A DNA stretch of 64,000 nt from Verrucomicrobiia bacterium (GTDB lineage: Bacteria; Patescibacteriota; Saccharimonadia; Saccharimonadales; JAGQNK01), in NCBI GenBank assembly GCA_035489575.1, contig DATHJY010000011.1:20514-84513 (forward strand), given 5' to 3'. A program made the position numbers and the translations under genes. Shown here piece after piece: positions 24,386-33,962 of the stretch; position 1 is the first letter of the stretch; every line of letters begins with the position of its first letter. Under the pieces are notes generated by a model. The model had not been told where the DNA came from and ran no database searches. It saw nothing but the letters and a program-made list of their open reading frames with translations.

Positions 24386-24838
24386 ATGAAAGTCTATATC
24401 GGGACGGATCACAACGGTTTTTACTTACGAAATATGCTGGTTGAGTATCTCAAAAAAGCCGGATATGACGTACAGGACGAAAGCCTGACCCAGCTGAACC
24501 CAGAGGACGACTTCCCGGTATTTGCCCAAAAGGTAGTAAAAGATGTGCTAACCAGTGACGACCCAGAGCCACGCGGCATCCTGCTATGTGGAAGCGGCCA
24601 GGGCATGTGTATGACTGCCAACCGGTTCAAGCACATTCGTGCTGCTATGATTTATGACCGCGAATCTGCGCGGGCCAGCCGCAATGACGACGACGCCAAT
24701 ATCATCTGTCTGCCAGCCAAAACACTCGAAAAAGACGATGCCAAAGTTATCGTAGAGACTTTCCTGAACACCTCCTTCGCGGGTGCCGATCGTTATAAGC
24801 GCCGTATCCGCGAAATGGACGAAGTAGGCCAGGGATAG
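24386..24838 (+). CDS. rpiB: Ribose-5-phosphate isomerase B (RpiB/LacA/LacB family)
   Basis: 150 aa with GILLCGSGQGMCMTANR and the typical N-terminal KVYIGTDH. Confidence 0.9.
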   Translation: MKVYIGTDHNGFYLRNMLVEYLKKAGYDVQDESLTQLNPEDDFPVFAQKVVKDVLTSDDPEPRGILLCGSGQGMCMTANRFKHIRAAMIYDRESARASRNDDDANIICLPAKTLEKDDAKVIVETFLNTSFAGADRYKRRIREMDEVGQG

Positions 24839-24841
24839 CCC

Positions 24842-25480
24842 ATGGCAGTTATATGTCCGACTATCACGGCCTACGAGCCGCATGAGTATCGCGAGCAAAT
24901 GGAGCGAGTAACGCCCTTTGCCAAGCGCGTACATATAGACCTCATGGATGGCCAGTTTGCACCTACCACCTCGCCAGAGCTCGAACGCATTTGGTGGCCA
25001 CATGATGTAACTGCCGACATACATCTGATGTACCAAAACCCTATGAACTACTTGAGCCAGCTTATCAAGCTCAAGCCAAACCTAGTGGTTATTCACAACG
25101 AAGCCCATGTCCACCACATGCACTTTGCGGCCGAGCTCCACAAGCATGATATACAGGTAGGTCTGGCCATTCTGCATGACACACCCATAGAACATGCTTT
25201 TCAAATTATGCATAGTTTTGACCACGTATTAATCTTCAGCGGAAATTTGGGTCACCATGGCGGCCAGGCCGACCTGGGTTGCCTGGACAAGGTGCAGAAG
25301 GTCAGAGCCCACCACCCAGACGCCGAAATCAGCTGGGACGGTGGTATCAACGACCAGAACATCAAGACACTGGCCGATGGCGGCGTCGACATTTTGAATG
25401 TTGGCGGATTCATTCAAAAGTCCCCCAATCCCAAGGACGCTTATGCTAAACTGAAAGCTATACTAGAGGACCGCCAGTGA
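24842..25480 (+). CDS. rpe: Ribulose-phosphate 3-epimerase family protein
   Basis: 212 aa TIM-barrel-like protein with HIDLMDGQFAP and C-terminal DGGIN...GG motifs. Sits between rpiB and tkt. Confidence 0.7.
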   Translation: MAVICPTITAYEPHEYREQMERVTPFAKRVHIDLMDGQFAPTTSPELERIWWPHDVTADIHLMYQNPMNYLSQLIKLKPNLVVIHNEAHVHHMHFAAELHKHDIQVGLAILHDTPIEHAFQIMHSFDHVLIFSGNLGHHGGQADLGCLDKVQKVRAHHPDAEISWDGGINDQNIKTLADGGVDILNVGGFIQKSPNPKDAYAKLKAILEDRQ

Positions 25481-26361
25481 CACAGACAAAAAAGTTAACA
25501 CTAGAACAGCTTGAGCAAAAAGCCTACGAGATTCGCGAGGATCTTATTCGCATGCTGGAGCATGCAGGGTCAGGTCACAGTGCCGGTCCGCTTGGTCTAG
25601 CTGATATTTTTACCGCCCTGTATTTTGATATCATGCGCTACGACCCCAAGCGACCAGACTGGGACGAACGCGATATAGTGCTCCTAAGCAACGGACATTG
25701 TGTGCCAATACAGTACGTCACCATGGCGCATGCCGGCTTTTTTGACAAGTCAGAGCTCAAAACCTTGCGTCAGTTCGGCTCGCGTTTGCAGGGCCACCCC
25801 GAAAGAACTCGCCTCCCCGGGCTAGAGAACACTAGTGGGCCACTGGGCTGCGGCCTGAGTCAAGCCGCCGGTATGGCCCTGGCTATGCGCATGAACAAAC
25901 AGCTCCACCGCTGGATCTATGTCGTCATGGGAGACGGCGAACAAAACGAGGGCAATGTCTGGGAAGCAGCCATGCTGGCTGGCAAGTACAAGCTGAACAA
26001 CATCATCGCCATCACCGACCGCAACAATATCCAGATAGACGGTCCAACTGAAAAAATCATGCCGCTAGAGCCCCTGAAAGATAAGTGGGAAGCCTTTGGC
26101 TGGCATGTCATAGAGATAGACGGCAACAATATAGAGTCCGTCATAGACGCCTGCGCTATGGGCCGTGCCATTGTCGAAAAACCCGTCATGATTATTGCCC
26201 ACAACGTACCAGGCAAGGGCGTACCGTTCATGGAATACGACTACCACTGGCATGGATATTTTGTAGAAACACCCGGCTCGCCAAAACTAGACAAGGTCGC
26301 CAAAGAAGCACTGCATGATTTGCGGACCCTAAAGGGTAAAATCCGGAGCGAACATGAGTAA
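25477..26361 (+). CDS. tkt: Transketolase, N-terminal (TPP pyrophosphate-binding) subunit
   Basis: 294 aa with GSGHSAGPLGLADI and GDGEQNEGNVWEA (TPP-binding GDG...N). Split-gene form. Confidence 0.9.
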   Translation: MTQTKKLTLEQLEQKAYEIREDLIRMLEHAGSGHSAGPLGLADIFTALYFDIMRYDPKRPDWDERDIVLLSNGHCVPIQYVTMAHAGFFDKSELKTLRQFGSRLQGHPERTRLPGLENTSGPLGCGLSQAAGMALAMRMNKQLHRWIYVVMGDGEQNEGNVWEAAMLAGKYKLNNIIAITDRNNIQIDGPTEKIMPLEPLKDKWEAFGWHVIEIDGNNIESVIDACAMGRAIVEKPVMIIAHNVPGKGVPFMEYDYHWHGYFVETPGSPKLDKVAKEALHDLRTLKGKIRSEHE

Positions 26362-27334
26362 GCATTATTTAATCGAAGATATTTTGGCCGAAGATATAAA
26401 ACAAGAAGCCACTCGCAAAGGGTTTGGCCGCGGCCTCAAAAAGGCCGGCGAAATTGACGAAGCTATTGTAGCCGCTTGTGCCGATCTGACAGATTCGACC
26501 AATATGGCTGCTTTTAGAGATGCCTTTCCTGACCGTTTTATAGAAATAGGCGTGGCAGAGCAAAACCTGGTAACTGTTGGTTCGGGTATGGCCGCCATGG
26601 GCAAGATACCATTTGTCAGTAGCTATGCCGCTTTTAGCCCTGGGCGTAACTGGGAGCAGATTCGCACTACTATTTGCCTCAACGAGCGACCAGTCAAAAT
26701 CGTTGGTTCACATGCCGGTGTGTCGGTCGGGCTGGACGGAGCCACTCACCAAATGCTAGAAGATATCGCCCTCATGCGAGTGTTACCCCGCATGGTGGTC
26801 ATAGCACCAGGCGACAGCGTAGAGGCCGAAAAGGCCACACTAGCCCTGGCACGCGACAAGATCAACCCCGGCTACTTACGTCTGGCCCGGGCCGATAGCC
26901 CGGTGTTTACCACTGACAAAACTCCGTTCGAAATCGGCAAAGCCTATGTTTTCTCAGAAGGCAAAGACGTAACGATTATTTCTACTGGCAATCTGACCTA
27001 TCAGGCTTTAGTGGCAGCCGAAAAATTGTACAAAGATGGCATCGACGCAGAAGTTGTGCACTGTCCCACCATCAAGCCCCTCGACGCAGCCACTATTCTA
27101 GCCAGCGTAGGCAAGACCAAGGCCGTTATCACTATCGAGGAAGCTCAAATAAACGGCGGCCTGGGAGGCGTAATTGCCGAGCTGCTGGGTGAAAACCTGC
27201 CCACACCAATGGTGCGCATGGGCATGAAAGATCGCTTTGGTGAATCTGGCAAGCCAGATGAGCTTTTGGAGCACTTTGGGCTGACCGCCAAGCATATTGC
27301 CCTGGCGGCCCATCATATTGTTGATAAAAAATAG
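26354..27334 (+). CDS. tkt: Transketolase, C-terminal (pyrimidine-binding) subunit
   Basis: 326 aa with FIEIGVAEQNLV and a GATHQMLEDIA-like block. Overlaps the N-terminal subunit gene by 8 nt. Confidence 0.9.
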   Translation: MSKHYLIEDILAEDIKQEATRKGFGRGLKKAGEIDEAIVAACADLTDSTNMAAFRDAFPDRFIEIGVAEQNLVTVGSGMAAMGKIPFVSSYAAFSPGRNWEQIRTTICLNERPVKIVGSHAGVSVGLDGATHQMLEDIALMRVLPRMVVIAPGDSVEAEKATLALARDKINPGYLRLARADSPVFTTDKTPFEIGKAYVFSEGKDVTIISTGNLTYQALVAAEKLYKDGIDAEVVHCPTIKPLDAATILASVGKTKAVITIEEAQINGGLGGVIAELLGENLPTPMVRMGMKDRFGESGKPDELLEHFGLTAKHIALAAHHIVDKK

Positions 27335-27339
27335 GGTAT

Positions 27340-27699
27340 CTAGCCAACGGTTGTGTCGGTAGAAGAACTGTCGTCAAAATCACTGGCACTGAGTACGTGA
27401 TCTACACAGGCAGTGTGGCCAACTGAACGAATTTCGCTTGGCTCACGAAACCCGAGGCTGGCCTCTACGAGATCCGGTCCCTCGCAGTAAGCGACGACCG
27501 TTGAGTGGTCGACGTTTTCTGCATCACCTATTTCTGTAACCCTCTGGTTCTTATAGTAAGTGTGCGTCACCGGATAGGCAGCATCTGGATCCGACACGGT
27601 GCTCTCGGGTGTAGTAGGCGTGCCAGGCTCGCCGCCACAAGCTGCCAGGGACAGTGTTGCTGCGGCTCCGAATGCTAATAATTTTCCAGGTATTTCCAT
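27340..27699 (-). CDS. Hypothetical lipoprotein
   Basis: 119 aa with signal peptide and lipobox LSLAAC. Antisense orientation inside an otherwise plus-strand sugar cluster. Confidence 0.55.
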   Translation of the reverse strand: MEIPGKLLAFGAAATLSLAACGGEPGTPTTPESTVSDPDAAYPVTHTYYKNQRVTEIGDAENVDHSTVVAYCEGPDLVEASLGFREPSEIRSVGHTACVDHVLSASDFDDSSSTDTTVG

Positions 27700-27786
27700 G
27701 AAGTCGCTCCTTTGTCATGTATGCGATGTGATTATCAATATTTTTCAGGCCCAGTGCAAGCACGAGCGGAATGCTATACTGGGGGC

Positions 27787-28698
27787 ATGTCATTATCTCT
27801 TACTCAAATGCGGGCCAACTGTAGCAAAGCCCGGGCTGCTATGGAGCGTGCCCAGCACGAACATTTCGCCTTGGGCGCCTTCAACCTAGACAACCAAGAC
27901 ATCCTGAAGGCAGTCATGCACGCTGCCAAAAACAAAAATGCACCGCTGATGGTAGAAGTCAGCCATGGCGAGGTAGAGGCTTTGGGTCTCGATAATATTC
28001 GCGATATGGTGGACAACTACAAGGAAGAATTTGGCACTGAGGTTTATGTCAATCTAGATCACAGCCCTTCAGTCGCCGCTGCCATCGCCGGCATAGAGGC
28101 TGGCTATGAGTTCATCCATATAGACATCAGCCAGGCCCGTAAGGATGCCACCGTAGAAGAGATCATCACCGAAACCCGGCAGATCGTAGATTACGCCCGC
28201 CTTACCGGGGCGATGATAGAGAGCGAACCGCACTACTTTGGCGGCGGTTCCAACCTATTCACCAAAGCCTTTGACTACGAAGAGGTCAAGAAGACATTCA
28301 GTACCCCGGACAGTGCACGTGATTTTGTAGATGCTACTGGCATAGACACCTTTGCTGCGGCTATAGGCAACCTACACGGCAAGTATCCAGTACCCAAGAA
28401 ACTCGATATCGACTTACTGCGTGAGATTCGGGCAGCCATAGACTGCAATATTTCGCTGCATGGTGGCAGCGGTACACCCGGGCACTATTTTATAGAGGCC
28501 GTGAAAGTAGGCGTCACCAAGGTCAACATCAATTCCGACATGCGCGTGGCTTATCGCAAGACACTAGAGCAAGTACTAGACGACAACCCGCACGAGTTTG
28601 CCATCGTGAAGCTCATGGACGAAGTTATAGAATCTGTGCGGCTGGTGGTAGAAAGCAAAATAGATATGTTTAATGCGGCTGGCAAAGCCCAGCCATAG
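27787..28698 (+). CDS. fba: Class II fructose-bisphosphate aldolase family protein
   Basis: FALGAFNLDN, NLDHS and SLHGGSG motifs. I prefer the ATG at 27787 (MSLSLTQ...) to the ORF-track start at 27712. Confidence 0.85.
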   Translation: MSLSLTQMRANCSKARAAMERAQHEHFALGAFNLDNQDILKAVMHAAKNKNAPLMVEVSHGEVEALGLDNIRDMVDNYKEEFGTEVYVNLDHSPSVAAAIAGIEAGYEFIHIDISQARKDATVEEIITETRQIVDYARLTGAMIESEPHYFGGGSNLFTKAFDYEEVKKTFSTPDSARDFVDATGIDTFAAAIGNLHGKYPVPKKLDIDLLREIRAAIDCNISLHGGSGTPGHYFIEAVKVGVTKVNINSDMRVAYRKTLEQVLDDNPHEFAIVKLMDEVIESVRLVVESKIDMFNAAGKAQP

Positions 28699-28743
28699 TT
28701 GATAGACTAAACATAAGCATGATAAAAGAGGTGGGACACTGCT

Positions 28744-29748
28744 ATGAGTCATAATCAAATAGACGTCTTGAGCGTGGGCGACATTGTTACCGATGCGTTT
28801 ATTCGTTTATACGAAGACCAGGGTGTTACCTATGAGAACGAAGACGGTAAATGGCTGGCCATTCCTTTTGGCCAGAAAGTACCATTTGACCATGTGGAAG
28901 TACTAGAAGCCGTTGGCAATGCGGCCAATGCAGCAGTCAGCTTTTCGCGCCTGGGCCTCAACAGTGGCTTTATTACCAACGTCGGTGGCGACCAAGCTGG
29001 CCGCGATATGATTAGCAGCTTACACCAAGACAAGGTAGACACTCGCTTTGTGCGGGTCAATCCCGACAAAAAAAGCAACTATCACTATGTCCTATGGTAC
29101 CGAGAAGAACGTACCATACTCATCAAACACGAAGAGTACGACTACCACTGGCCCAAACTGGCGCCAAAGGAAATTCCCAAGTGGATCTATTTTAGCTCGG
29201 TCAGTAAAAATTCTCTGGACTATCATGATGATATTGCAGACTGGCTCCGGGATAACCCAGAGGTAAAATTTGCTTTTCAGCCGGGCACCTTCCAAATAGA
29301 CGAGGGCCTTGAGCGGCTTGGCCATCTATATTCACGGGCCGACGTCTTAGTCCTCAACCGCGAAGAAGCTGTAGAAGTAACAAAAGGCAATTATGATGAC
29401 GTCCACAGCCTGCTAAACAAACTCCACGAAATTGGGGTAAAGATTGCTGTGATAACCGATGGACCAGCCGGAGCATACGCCAGTGATGGCGTATCGCGCT
29501 TCAAGATGCCACCATATCCAGATCCAGCTCCACCATACGAACGTACGGGCGCGGGTGACTCTTTTGCTTCAACCTTTGTGGCTGCTATTATGCTGGGCAA
29601 CAATATTGAGGGTGCATTGCAGTGGGCGCCTATCAACTCTATGAGCGTCGTACAACAAGTTGGTGCCCAAAAGGGCCTCCTGACACAAGACAAACTGAAC
29701 GAATACTTGCAACACGCACCCGACTGGTATCGAGCCGAAAAGTTCTAG
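28744..29748 (+). CDS. PfkB-family carbohydrate kinase
   Basis: 334 aa with an N-terminal GD..TD motif and C-terminal TGAGDSFASTF (PfkB signature 2). Confidence 0.8.
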   Translation: MSHNQIDVLSVGDIVTDAFIRLYEDQGVTYENEDGKWLAIPFGQKVPFDHVEVLEAVGNAANAAVSFSRLGLNSGFITNVGGDQAGRDMISSLHQDKVDTRFVRVNPDKKSNYHYVLWYREERTILIKHEEYDYHWPKLAPKEIPKWIYFSSVSKNSLDYHDDIADWLRDNPEVKFAFQPGTFQIDEGLERLGHLYSRADVLVLNREEAVEVTKGNYDDVHSLLNKLHEIGVKIAVITDGPAGAYASDGVSRFKMPPYPDPAPPYERTGAGDSFASTFVAAIMLGNNIEGALQWAPINSMSVVQQVGAQKGLLTQDKLNEYLQHAPDWYRAEKF

Positions 29749-29825
29749 TAAACTCTTAGCAATCTTCCAATTCTACACCAGACTAACAGCGCGTTTTCGT
29801 TAGACGGCCGACCCCAATAAATGGT

Positions 29826-31106
29826 ATGCTTATGCTAACTATGACCAAGGTTTTATCTGATCTATTAGCCGCGGACGAACCTCTGTTTTCGATTGCCATG
29901 CAACAGCTGGAAAGAGCCAGTGGACAACAAAGTATAGACGTACGTCTGACAGCCGAGATCATTGGCAAGGTACACCAAAAGTCACGCGAACTCGGCCTGG
30001 ACCCCAAAGACACCCGCCCCGAAGAGTTGTATCTGGCGCTTATTGAACTAGTCAAACGCCATGATAGTTTCCTGGCGCGCCGCATTGGTGTCATCGACCC
30101 AGAAGACGTACAGGGTGTTTTGCCCAAAATCGCCAGCTACATTAACGAGCTAGACGTGCCAAAATCTGCCTGGGTACTCAAGCCCAGCACAGCCAAGCGT
30201 CTACTGAAAGCCACCCCGCCCAAAAAAGTCATGAAGCAACTCGGGTATCGCTCAGTAGATTCCATGCTCAAACGAGAGCCTATTGGCAAGCTATACGCCG
30301 CCCTGCGTTTTGCCGAAACACCCGCTTGGCTAACAGCCTTTACTCGCAAGTACAAACACCTTCAGCCCCACGACTTCGAGACACGCGACATAGAATTTTA
30401 CTTCTTTGACGCCAAACAGTGGGGCACCATAAGTGACACGTTCACCAAGAGGAATCGTCACAACATTACACACATGAAAGAAATGGGTGTTATTGCTATT
30501 TTGCCGCTACCGCTCAAGCGTCTACCCGGTGTGACTATCGCCGTATTGCCGCTGGTATTGCACTATATTAATGAGATCCGTCTATATAGCACCTACTTCA
30601 AGCTGCAACAGGTTCGGCCCAACTTTGCCCACGAAGTAATAGACACCATACTAGAAGACCCCGGCAAGCACGCCTCTATGTCTGGTCACCAGGTGCATTG
30701 GCGAATTATTCATCGGTATTTTGGCAGCAACGCTGACACCAACCACCACCCAGAGATCTTTCAACCGCACGTCCAGCCAGAAGACCTCTTGTGGCGCAAG
30801 ACCGAGGCTACTTTGTATCGCATAGAACCAGCACTGCACTTTTGGTATGACATGGATTTTGTGGCCCTGCAAAGTGATAAGGGCCCAATTAGCCTGAACC
30901 TCATGGACGTAGCGATCAACTTCATCAACAAACTGCCATACGGCAGCCACGCGGTCTATCACTTTCGGGATAGTCTGTGGAACGAGATATTTATGCGCTA
31001 CATGGGGCAAAAGAGCCTAGAGCAACAGATTTTGCGACAGCTAGATGATGGAGTGATCTCCCCTATGGACATGGAACAAAGTTTTACCATACAGGAGATT
31101 TTTTAA
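29826..31106 (+). CDS. Hypothetical protein (426 aa), no family recognised
   Basis: Long uninterrupted ORF. Its stop overlaps the start of the next gene (TAATG), implying translational coupling. Confidence 0.6.
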   Translation: MLMLTMTKVLSDLLAADEPLFSIAMQQLERASGQQSIDVRLTAEIIGKVHQKSRELGLDPKDTRPEELYLALIELVKRHDSFLARRIGVIDPEDVQGVLPKIASYINELDVPKSAWVLKPSTAKRLLKATPPKKVMKQLGYRSVDSMLKREPIGKLYAALRFAETPAWLTAFTRKYKHLQPHDFETRDIEFYFFDAKQWGTISDTFTKRNRHNITHMKEMGVIAILPLPLKRLPGVTIAVLPLVLHYINEIRLYSTYFKLQQVRPNFAHEVIDTILEDPGKHASMSGHQVHWRIIHRYFGSNADTNHHPEIFQPHVQPEDLLWRKTEATLYRIEPALHFWYDMDFVALQSDKGPISLNLMDVAINFINKLPYGSHAVYHFRDSLWNEIFMRYMGQKSLEQQILRQLDDGVISPMDMEQSFTIQEIF

Positions 31107-31669
31107 TGTATCAGATCTGTGTATCCGGCGCAGCCAAAGGCAGAAGCGTAGAAGAAGGCAAGATGCTAGCCCGCGCAGCTGGCGCAGCCATAGCCAAAGC
31201 CGGACATGCCCTCATGACCGGTGCCACAGTGGGACTGCCAAACTATGCAGCCGAGGCCTACAAAGAGGCTGGCGGCAAGATGAGTGTAGGCATCAGCCCT
31301 GCCTCTAGCAAGATCGAGCATGTCCTAAAATACCGGCTGCCAATCGCTGCCTACGACACAATTATTTATACCGGACTGCACTACATTGGCCGGGATAGCC
31401 TGCTCATCAACTCTAGCGATGCCGTTATCAGTATTGGGGGCCGACTGGGCACACTGCATGAATTTACCATTGCCATGGAGACCGACACGCCTATTGGCTT
31501 CCTGGAAGGCGCCGGCGGAATTGGCACCGAGATCATGGATATCCTCCACGCTGCTGGGGCTGACCGCGACAAAGACGTGGTATTCGACAAAGACCCAACC
31601 ACACTGTTAGCACTCTTAACCGCCATGCTCGACAAGGATCGAGTCAAATATAAAGCACTCTATGCGTAA
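31106..31669 (+). CDS. TIGR00725 / LOG-SLOG-superfamily Rossmann-like protein
   Basis: 187 aa. ICVSGAAKG...LMTGATVGLPNYAAEAY...AVISIGGRLGTLHEF matches the LOG/SLOG (lysine-decarboxylase-like) pattern. Family assignment is from memory. Confidence 0.7.
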   Translation: MYQICVSGAAKGRSVEEGKMLARAAGAAIAKAGHALMTGATVGLPNYAAEAYKEAGGKMSVGISPASSKIEHVLKYRLPIAAYDTIIYTGLHYIGRDSLLINSSDAVISIGGRLGTLHEFTIAMETDTPIGFLEGAGGIGTEIMDILHAAGADRDKDVVFDKDPTTLLALLTAMLDKDRVKYKALYA

Positions 31670-31928
31670 ATACCTCCGTAAAATACGAAACCCATACCAG
31701 GCACGCCCGCTGCCACCCAAAGTAATAATCGGACTGATCACGGCCGTCGCAGTCGCGGCACTGATGTGGCTCGGCTACAGCCTGGCTACCAAAGACCCAG
31801 TCGTCAATAGTTACGACACCTGCATAGCAGCCGGCAACCCAGTCCTAGAGTCATATCCAGAACAGTGCGTCCACGAAGGCCAAAGCTACATAAATCCAGC
31901 CCAGAACGTACCGCATCCGTTTCAGTAA
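31662..31928 (+). CDS. Small membrane-anchored hypothetical protein
   Basis: 88 aa with a basic N-terminus and one TM helix. Overlaps the previous gene by 8 nt. Confidence 0.45.
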   Translation: MRKYLRKIRNPYQARPLPPKVIIGLITAVAVAALMWLGYSLATKDPVVNSYDTCIAAGNPVLESYPEQCVHEGQSYINPAQNVPHPFQ

Positions 31929-31949
31929 AATAGCTGCTACAATATTAGG

Positions 31950-33914
31950 ATGCCTGCATTCGAACTTCAGTCCAATTACAAGCCCATGGGCGATCAGCCC
32001 TCGGCTATTGCCCAATTGACAGAGGGGCTCAATAAAGGCGTCAAAGAACAGACATTGCTGGGTGTTACCGGTTCGGGCAAGACTTTTACCATGGCCAACG
32101 TGGTTCAGAATATCCAAAAGCCTACGCTGGTCCTCAGCCACAACAAAACTTTGGCTGCGCAGCTGTATGGCGAATTCAAGAAGTTCTTTCCCAACAACGC
32201 TGTCCATTATTTTGTCAGCTATTTCGACTACTACCAGCCAGAGGCCTATATAGCACGCAGCGACACCTATATAGAAAAAGACTCTCAGATAAATGAAGAA
32301 ATAGATCGGTTACGGCACGCTGCTACCAGTTCATTGCTGTCCCGCCGCGATGTATTAATTGTAGCCAGCGTCAGCTGTATATATGGCATTGGTTCGCGCG
32401 ACGACTACGGTGCTATGGCTGTCGAAGTCAAACGGGGCGAGCGCCGAGTACGTGATAAATTCCTGCGCCAGCTGACCGACATTCAGTACAGTCGCAACGA
32501 CATAGACTTTCACCGTGGTACCTTCCGGGTGCGAGGCGATGTAGTAGACATCTTTCCAGCTGGCGAAGAAGTAGCTTACCGCACCGAATTCTTTGGCGAC
32601 GAGCTAGAGCGCATCACCAAGATTGATCCGCTTACCGGCGAGATCCTAGCCAACCTAGAAGACTACAAAATCTTCCCAGGCTCTCACTACGTCACACCGC
32701 AAGACAAACTCAAGGTCGCCATTGGCAACATAGAGACCGAGCTGGAACAGCGCCTGCAACAGTTCAAGAAAAACGGTCAACTGCTCGAAGCCCAGCGCCT
32801 GCTGCAACGCACCCGTTTTGACATAGAAATGCTGCAAGAGACAGGCTTTGTGAAAGGCATCGAAAATTACAGTCGTTACCTCACCAACCGTGAACCAGGC
32901 GAGCAGCCGGCTACGCTCATGGATTACTTCCCAGACGACTTCCTGCTGCTGATAGACGAATCCCATATGTCCATCCCGCAAGTCCGCGGCATGTACAACG
33001 GCGACCGTGCGCGCAAAGAGGTGTTGGTAGAGCACGGCTTTCGGCTGCCAAGCGCCCTGGACAATAGGCCGCTGACCTTTACCGAGTTCGAAAAGCATGT
33101 CAACAAAGTAGTCTACGTCAGCGCCACACCTGCACAATACGAGCTATCACGCAGCCCCGAACCCGCTCAGCAGGTCATTCGCCCTACTGGACTTATCGAT
33201 CCACCCATAGAGGTCCGGCCCATCGAGGGCCAGGTGGACGACCTGATTGCCGAGATCAGGGCCACCATAGCCAAGCGACAGCGTGTGCTGGTGACCACTC
33301 TGACAAAGCGCATGTCCGAAGATCTGACCGATTACCTAAAAGACATAAACATTAAAGTGACCTACTTGCATAGCGACGTAGACACCCTCGACCGCACTGA
33401 CATTCTTCGTGATCTCCGCCTAGGCACTTACGATGTTGTGGTGGGTATCAACCTGCTACGCGAGGGGCTGGACTTGCCCGAAGTATCCCTGGTAGCAATC
33501 CTGGACGCCGACAAAGAAGGCTTTTTGCGTAGCGAACAAGCCCTCATTCAGACCGTCGGCCGCGCCGCCAGACACGTCGAAGGCCGGGTCATTATGTATG
33601 CCGACCGCGTAACTGGCAGCATGCAACGCACACTAGACGAGACCGATCGCCGTCGGACCATTCAAGAGGCTTATAACAAACAACACGGCATCACTCCTAC
33701 CGGCATAGCCAAAGAAATCGAAAAAGGCATGCGGCCAGACCTGCCAGAAGAAGCTCAGCGAGCCAAACTAGACCTAAAGAAAATACCAAAAGACGAGTAC
33801 AAACACCTCATTCGTGATCTGTCCGCCCAAATGGACATGGCCAGTGCCAACCTAGAGTTCGAAAAAGCTGCCGAACTTCGAGACATCATTGCCGATGTTA
33901 AGAGCAAACTGTAA
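31950..33914 (+). CDS. uvrB: Excinuclease ABC subunit B
   Basis: 654 aa with GVTGSGKT Walker A, helicase motifs and a C-terminal UVR domain ([11 protein letters not shown]). Confidence 0.97.
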   Translation: MPAFELQSNYKPMGDQPSAIAQLTEGLNKGVKEQTLLGVTGSGKTFTMANVVQNIQKPTLVLSHNKTLAAQLYGEFKKFFPNNAVHYFVSYFDYYQPEAYIARSDTYIEKDSQINEEIDRLRHAATSSLLSRRDVLIVASVSCIYGIGSRDDYGAMAVEVKRGERRVRDKFLRQLTDIQYSRNDIDFHRGTFRVRGDVVDIFPAGEEVAYRTEFFGDELERITKIDPLTGEILANLEDYKIFPGSHYVTPQDKLKVAIGNIETELEQRLQQFKKNGQLLEAQRLLQRTRFDIEMLQETGFVKGIENYSRYLTNREPGEQPATLMDYFPDDFLLLIDESHMSIPQVRGMYNGDRARKEVLVEHGFRLPSALDNRPLTFTEFEKHVNKVVYVSATPAQYELSRSPEPAQQVIRPTGLIDPPIEVRPIEGQVDDLIAEIRATIAKRQRVLVTTLTKRMSEDLTDYLKDINIKVTYLHSDVDTLDRTDILRDLRLGTYDVVVGINLLREGLDLPEVSLVAILDADKEGFLRSEQALIQTVGRAARHVEGRVIMYADRVTGSMQRTLDETDRRRTIQEAYNKQHGITPTGIAKEIEKGMRPDLPEEAQRAKLDLKKIPKDEYKHLIRDLSAQMDMASANLEFEKAAELRDIIADVKSKL

Positions 33915-33962
33915 ATTTTTATAACACCACAAGGCTCAAATAATTTAAGCATTCTGGTGATA

